From the human T2T-CHM13v2.0 reference genome, Homo sapiens, in the NCBI RefSeq assembly GCF_009914755.1, contig NC_060930.1: DNA of 64,000 bases; one strand, written 5' to 3'. The notes beneath the pieces are model-generated. The model worked only from the letters and a program-made list of their open reading frames with translations. It was not told where the DNA came from and did no database searches. The position numbers and the translations under genes are program-made. Positions 58,143 to 64,000 of the stretch are shown piece by piece. Each line of letters opens with the position of its first letter. Position 1 is the stretch's first letter.

Positions 58143-58613
58143 AGTATTAGTTTACCAAAACTTTCATAGCAAACCACAACAAAGTGGACGGCTTAAAACA
58201 ACAAAAATTTATTATGTCACAGTTCTGGAGGCCAGATGTCTGATAATCAAGATGTAGACAGGACCATGTTCCCTCCAACACCTGTAGGGAAGAATGCTTT
58301 CTTGCCTCTTCCTAATTACTGGTGGTTCACTGGCAATCCTTTGTGTTTCTTGACGTGCAGCTATAGCACTTCAGTCTCTGCCTCCATAGTCACAAGACAT
58401 TCTCCCCTCATGTATAATCTCTCTGTGTCTTCCTTCTTTATAAGGACATGAGTCATTGGATTAAAGGCCCATCCTACTCCAGTATGAGCTCATCTTAACT
58501 TACATCTTAATTACACCTGCAACAAACCTATTTCCAAATAGGGTCACATTCACAGGTACCAGGGGTTAGGATTTCAACATACCTTTCTGAGAGACACAAT
58601 TCAACCCACTACA
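58143..58613 (-). mobile_element. MLT1C-like solo LTR
   Basis: 'ggcttaaaacaacaaaaatttatt..cacagttctggaggccag', ending 'acacaattcaacccactaca'. TSD CCA(A/G)G. Confidence 0.88.
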
Positions 58614-58949
58614 CCAGGCAAATACTAAATATTAATGAAAAAGAAGGGGGTTGGGGTGGGAGATAGCAGCGTTCTAGTAATGTCAAACAATGTAGTAACT
58701 AGTGAGAGCAAGGGTAATATGGTAAGACCAGTTAGAGGCTACCACATTAGTCCAGGCAATATAATGCAAGTTTGAATAACGATCATGTCTACAGAACAGA
58801 GGCAAGTCAATAGATTTAAGCAGTATCTAGGAAGCAAAACTGACAGTACCTCATTGGATCGTCAGGTGAGGGAGGCAAAGATGGTCCACAGGTTTCTGGC
58901 TTATGAAACTGGTTGGAATATGTTGACAGTCTCTATCTCCTAGCCAGTT

Positions 58950-59475
58950 CCTTCTAAAATACAGATAATATCAATTCCATTTACTACTGTTCACTACCTC
59001 TCCAGGGTAAGTCCTAATTCCTTACTCTGGCTTTCCTGATCTATCACAGTGTGATCCTGGCCTGATTTATTTACTTCCATTAACTCTAGTTATTAGATAA
59101 ACATTCCCGAGTTCCACGCCTTCTTTCAGGCTATGCTTTCTGTCTTGAATGTCATTCCTACATATTTATAAAGTTTTATTCAAGTGAACCATCTTCTCTG
59201 GAACCTTCTTGGTCCTATTACTAACAATGACAATGTTTTCATATTTTACCTTACATTTTTTCTGTTTTATATGTGGAATATATAAAATTGTCTAGGCTCC
59301 TTCACTAACCTTACTTACTCTAATAGTATAGCATTTGGCACAGTAATAGTTATTTATATCTGCCATCCTAGTCAGGTTTTCACTCCTCCAGGATAGGGCT
59401 TATCCATCGTTTTATTCACAGCACCTAACAATGTGGTTTGCACATAGATGGTTTTCAATAAATGCTTACTGAATA
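58950..59475 (+). mobile_element. L2 3' fragments
   Basis: Ends 'cagcacctaacaatgtggtttgcacatag..caataaatgcttactgaat'. Confidence 0.6.
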
Positions 59476-61124
59476 GTGATGAATCAGTTATAACTAGCAC
59501 TGCTACTTAGAACAATGAAAGTTTAAAAGTAAATTGAAGACAAGTAAGCCAGTCCATTTTTTTCTTTTCCATAAAATAGATTCTGAAAAAGATGAATAAA
59601 GGTCTTTGTTCCTTAGTAATGAATTCACGTAATTTACAGTTAATTTATTCTACACTCCCTTGAGACCATGTGATATGGTCTATGCCTTCTACAATGAACC
59701 CACTTAAATGCTCATGCAATTTTTAAATCTAAATACTACATATTCCAGCTTGACTTATAAATATTAGAACACTACCAAAAAGAAGTAAATTTGATGAATA
59801 TTTAAATAACTCATGTAACTGCATAGTGGTCAGTAAAAATATTCTTGATACTAACATATTAACTATAGTAATTTAGAGTATCAATTTCAAACAATTAAAT
59901 GAAAATACAGTGTACTGTTCAAAAGGCCACATTACCTGGACTTCATTTGATGACTGAAAACATGTTTCTGAAACCTGTAGTGGCTTCCATTTATCAATAT
60001 GAACATAAAGCATCTTTGAGCTGTAAATACTGAAACCCTCTCATTGGTAAGAGGTTTCTATTGAAAGAATACATGGTAATAATTTAATATAAATACAACT
60101 GTTAAATCTGTAGTGTTTATATTAGGCAATGCTGGTATGTTATATGGGCATTTAAAAAATCTACAGCTTAAATTGTTATTATACAGTAAAAAGCATTTCC
60201 TACAATTAAGGTTAATTTTTTTAAACAGAGGTCATAGATAATAGGTGCCAATATAATAAAATCAAAATCAACCACTAGCTCCACCACTATATGTATGTAG
60301 CTCTGCAAAAATCTTTTGTCATAATTGTTCCTATAATCCCATCATTCCAAACTTGGAAGTCTAGTTTGCTAAGATAGTTTTCTGATGTACACAAAGAATA
60401 GAGTAACCTCTTCCATACCCTCCCCCCATATTCTCTCCCTTGAGAGTCAAAGCTTAATATGAGTTCCATTTTCCAGAGATAAAAGGACTGCATTAACAAT
60501 GATGTGCCCTAGCTTTCTTCATTTTATAATAAATTACCATATTTATATTTTGAAGCTGTCATATGCTAGAGGATATTAAATATCCTCTCATCATAATTAA
60601 CTCTTTAAACCAAATTAAATGACTTGGTTCAAAACAGACTGTGCAAGTTAAAGAAATATAATTCTATTACTAATTATTTCACAATTATTTTAATAATCAG
60701 AGCTATTTAATTTATTCCTCACTGGTTTTAATTAAGAAATGTACAGTGGCTAAAAAGCTCAAATCTTTCCTTCTTTATCCTGAGGATATAAACAAGTATT
60801 TGAACTTGGAGTGTCTAGCAATAAAAATATAGGAATTTCATAAATACTTTAGGCTAAATCTTAATAGAGCAAACTATAACAAATTGCTAATTTAAAAAAT
60901 TCCACCTACAATTATATCAAATATAAGCCACCAGACTACAATATAACTGCTTCATTTTACCAAGGCTTAGTAATATTTTTACTATAAACAATTGTTCTTG
61001 TAGTAGACTAAAGCAATGTCATGAAAAATACTCTTTTTGAATATATATACAATACAAACTTAGGAAGACAAATATGTTTTTAGAAGTGGGAATTCTCCAC
61101 ATTTCAAGATTTCACCATCTAAAC

Positions 61125-61318
61125 TTAATTGTACATTTTAAAATAACTTAAAGAATGTAACTGGATTATCTGTAAACCAAAGGAATGCTTGAGGGGATGG
61201 ACACCCCATTCTCCATGATGTACTTATTTCATATTGCATGCCTGTATCAAAACATCTCATGTACCTCATAAATATAAACACCTACTATGTACCCACAAAA
61301 ATTTTAAAAAATAAAAAA
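61125..61318 (+). mobile_element. L1MA2/3-like extreme 3' tip
   Basis: 'gcttgaggggatggacaccccatt..tactatgtacccacaaaaat' with TSD AAGATTTCA(CC/TA)ATCTAAAC. Confidence 0.88.
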
Positions 61319-61638
61319 AGATTTCATAATCTAAACGTTTCTGATGATCCTACAGATATTATCAAGATTCTAAAAGCAAAAAATGTCTTTATATACTCTT
61401 TGGAGAAAAAGCTTCTTGTAAAAATAAATATAAATAGAATTAATATTTCAAATTAACTTTTAAAAAAACAAATCAGTGAAAGCTGCTGTAATGTTATCTT
61501 TTATTTCCCCCTAAAATTAAGGTAATTATATATTTTTGCAAATTACACCATAATGGAAACATTCCTGTTTAGGAAGACATAAGAAGAAATAATGGTTATG
61601 AAAAAATAATAAACTTACTCCTTACCAACATAATCTAA

Positions 61639-61926
61639 GGCCAGGCACAGTGGCTCACACCTAGCACTTTGGGAGGTTGAGGCAGGAGGACTGCTTGAGC
61701 CTAGGAGTTGAGAACAGCCTAGGCAACACAGTGAGACCCTATCTCTACAAAAATTTAAAAATTAGCCATGTGTGGTGGCATGTGCCTGTAGTCCCAGCTA
61801 CTCAGGAGCCCAAAGGCAGGAGGACTGCTGGAGCCTGGGAGGTTGAGGCTGCAGTGAGCTGTGTTCACACCACTGCACTCTAGCCTAGGCAACAGAGTGA
61901 GACCCCTGTCTCAAAAAAAAAAAAAA
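61639..61926 (+). mobile_element. AluJ
   Basis: Alu dimer with small 5' deletion and poly(A). Confidence 0.93.
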
Positions 61927-62971
61927 TTATATAAAACTACTTGAACTGATAGAAAAGTTCTGAAAAAGGAATAAAGCTGGGTATGAAATGACTGTCAATA
62001 CCAATTCCAATTAAAATACAGAAAAGTTTAAATAATTGTTAAATATTAATCCACCCAAAATGCAACCGTTTAAATAGTAATGATTTAAATAATTGTTAAA
62101 AATAGAATTATATAATTAAAATATAAATGCAAGAAAACTTTTTGAAAGAAAATAAAAACACAATATACATGATTTTATCTAAAATCATAGATTATACTGA
62201 CAAAGAGCAGCAAAAACAGAGGAGTAGCTGAATACTCTGAGCTTCTTACTAGGGACAGGGTTTCACTCTAGATTCAGATATTTAGAAAGTACGGGTTAAA
62301 AAGGCCTTGACAAATGTAAGGATGATTACAAATAGAAGTTAAAATAGAACATATGGCATTAGACCATAAAGAAAATCTTTATTCTGCCCATCTCCTCCCT
62401 AGAAGGGAATTGTTCAGAACATTCTTGTCATAATTTATAAAATAAGAAAAGAAACAATAAAGTCAAAAAAGAGAAGACAAAGACTACTTGGAAATTAAAA
62501 ATAAACTATTAAGGATCCTAGGAAGATGATAAATCTAAACATGTCTGACTTCTCCTCATACCCAACTCCAAAATATCAGCCTGTGAATCCAAGTGTCTAC
62601 TGAGTAAAGTGAGGTATGAAATTCGAGGGCTTCCTAGCAGGGGAAATGATTGAGAAGACCCTAAAGACAAAGATTGGAAAATTAGCAAATCCTGAGAAGA
62701 GTACAGGCCACTGAAATCTAAAAACCCTAGAGATCAGGTCAACATTGGCCCCAGGTCATGTGCCTGACCTTCCTATGGGCTGAACATATTTGAAGCCTAA
62801 GATGAAACACTTTACAGAGTAGAGGATGTAGGGAACATTTCTCCAGTTATGATCCACCAAGATAAAGAACACATATATTTCCTTCTTGTGTAGACTGCCA
62901 CCACTTAGAGCACTCCAAAAACCAGATTTGAGCCCCAGTGAGCCAATAAGGAAAATGGGAATAAAGTAACT

Positions 62972-63479
62972 TGTTGGGAACAGGCACCCAAATCTGGCCA
63001 TAAACTGGCCCCTAAACTGGCCATAAACAAAATGTCTGCAGCACTGTGACATGTTCGTGATGGCCATGATGCCCCCGCTGAAGGCTGTGGGTTTACTGGA
63101 ATGAGGTCAAGGAACACCTGGCCTACCCAGGGAGGAAAACCACTTAAAGGCGTTCTTAAACCACAAACAATATCATGAGTGATCTGTGCCTTAAGGACAT
63201 GTTCCTGCTGCAGATAACTAGCCAGACCCATCCCTTTATTTTGGCCCATTCCTTTGTTTCCCATAAGGAATACTTTTAGTTAATCTATAATCTATAGAAA
63301 CAATGCTCATCACTGGCTTGCTGTCAATAAATATATGGGTAAATCTCTGTTCGAGGCTCTCAGCTCTGAAAGTTATGAGACCCCTGATTTCCCCACTCCA
63401 CACTCTATATTTCTGTGTGTGTCTTTAATTTCTCTAGCGCCACTGGGTTGGGGTCTCCATGACCGAGCTGGTCTTGGCA
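62972..63479 (+). mobile_element. MER9a-like solo LTR (HERV-K9/HML-3)
   Basis: 'tgttgggaacagg..ctggccataaactggcccc' start, AATAAA, and '..gagctggtcttggca' end. 508 bp, with an imperfect 6-bp TSD GTAACT/GAAACC. Confidence 0.85.
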
Positions 63480-64000
63480 GAAACCTGTAAAGGAGCCAAA
63501 AGGCAATTAGAAGGAGAAAAGAACTGCACCCCAAGAATTCTATATCCAGGTAAGACATGATTTGCCTGTCTGGAAAAAGGAAGACGTTAGCAGTTAGGCA
63601 AAAAATTCAGATTAAAAATCTATATATTCCCATCTGAGAAAATTACTCCAAAGAACAAATGAATGTGAACAAGAAAGAGAAAATGAAGAAAAGGAAAAAG
63701 TGGTAGGTGACAAATCTTGCAGTATATAAATGCCATTAAATTTAAATTGAACCCAATTTAAATTTAGATCCAAACAATTTAGATCCAAACAAAACAAGAT
63801 CCAAACAAAAAAATTCTTGAAATAAAAGTGACATTCATGTCTGTAAGAGAAATTCATAAAACAAACAAACAACAACGACAAAAAAAAACTACTAAGTTTT
63901 TTCAGTAATACCTGTAGGGATTGGGTTGGGGAAAATGTTCCAGTAAAATTTTCCAATAAAAGCTAGGGGGGAATGGGTGGTGAGAATAAAAGCATGCCAA

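Overview
Primate, almost certainly human, genomic DNA: it contains an AluYa5 that looks consensus-identical. The window is AT-rich, repeat-dense, and has no recognisable protein-coding gene. The ORF-track entries I can assign are transposon remnants or low-complexity artefacts, and none of the rest resembles a protein I recognise. The centre is a ~16.5 kb decayed L1M (about 30755-47290) riddled with nested insertions: Tigger3b > MER1B > a two-LTR HERVIP10FH/LTR10F provirus, plus LTR47, Alus, L1MB > Tigger2a, MER47A and a deleted MaLR. That MaLR itself holds a tailless 5S rRNA retrocopy and a template-switch hairpin. Nearly all L1s lie on the + strand, which suggests a large intron of a minus-strand gene, and a few minus-strand exon candidates exist. 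I found no evidence for a wholly new biological system. The best leads are local oddities in retrotransposition and repair, and a possible LTR10 AP-1 enhancer. Repeat subfamily names come from recalled consensus sequences, not from a RepeatMasker run.
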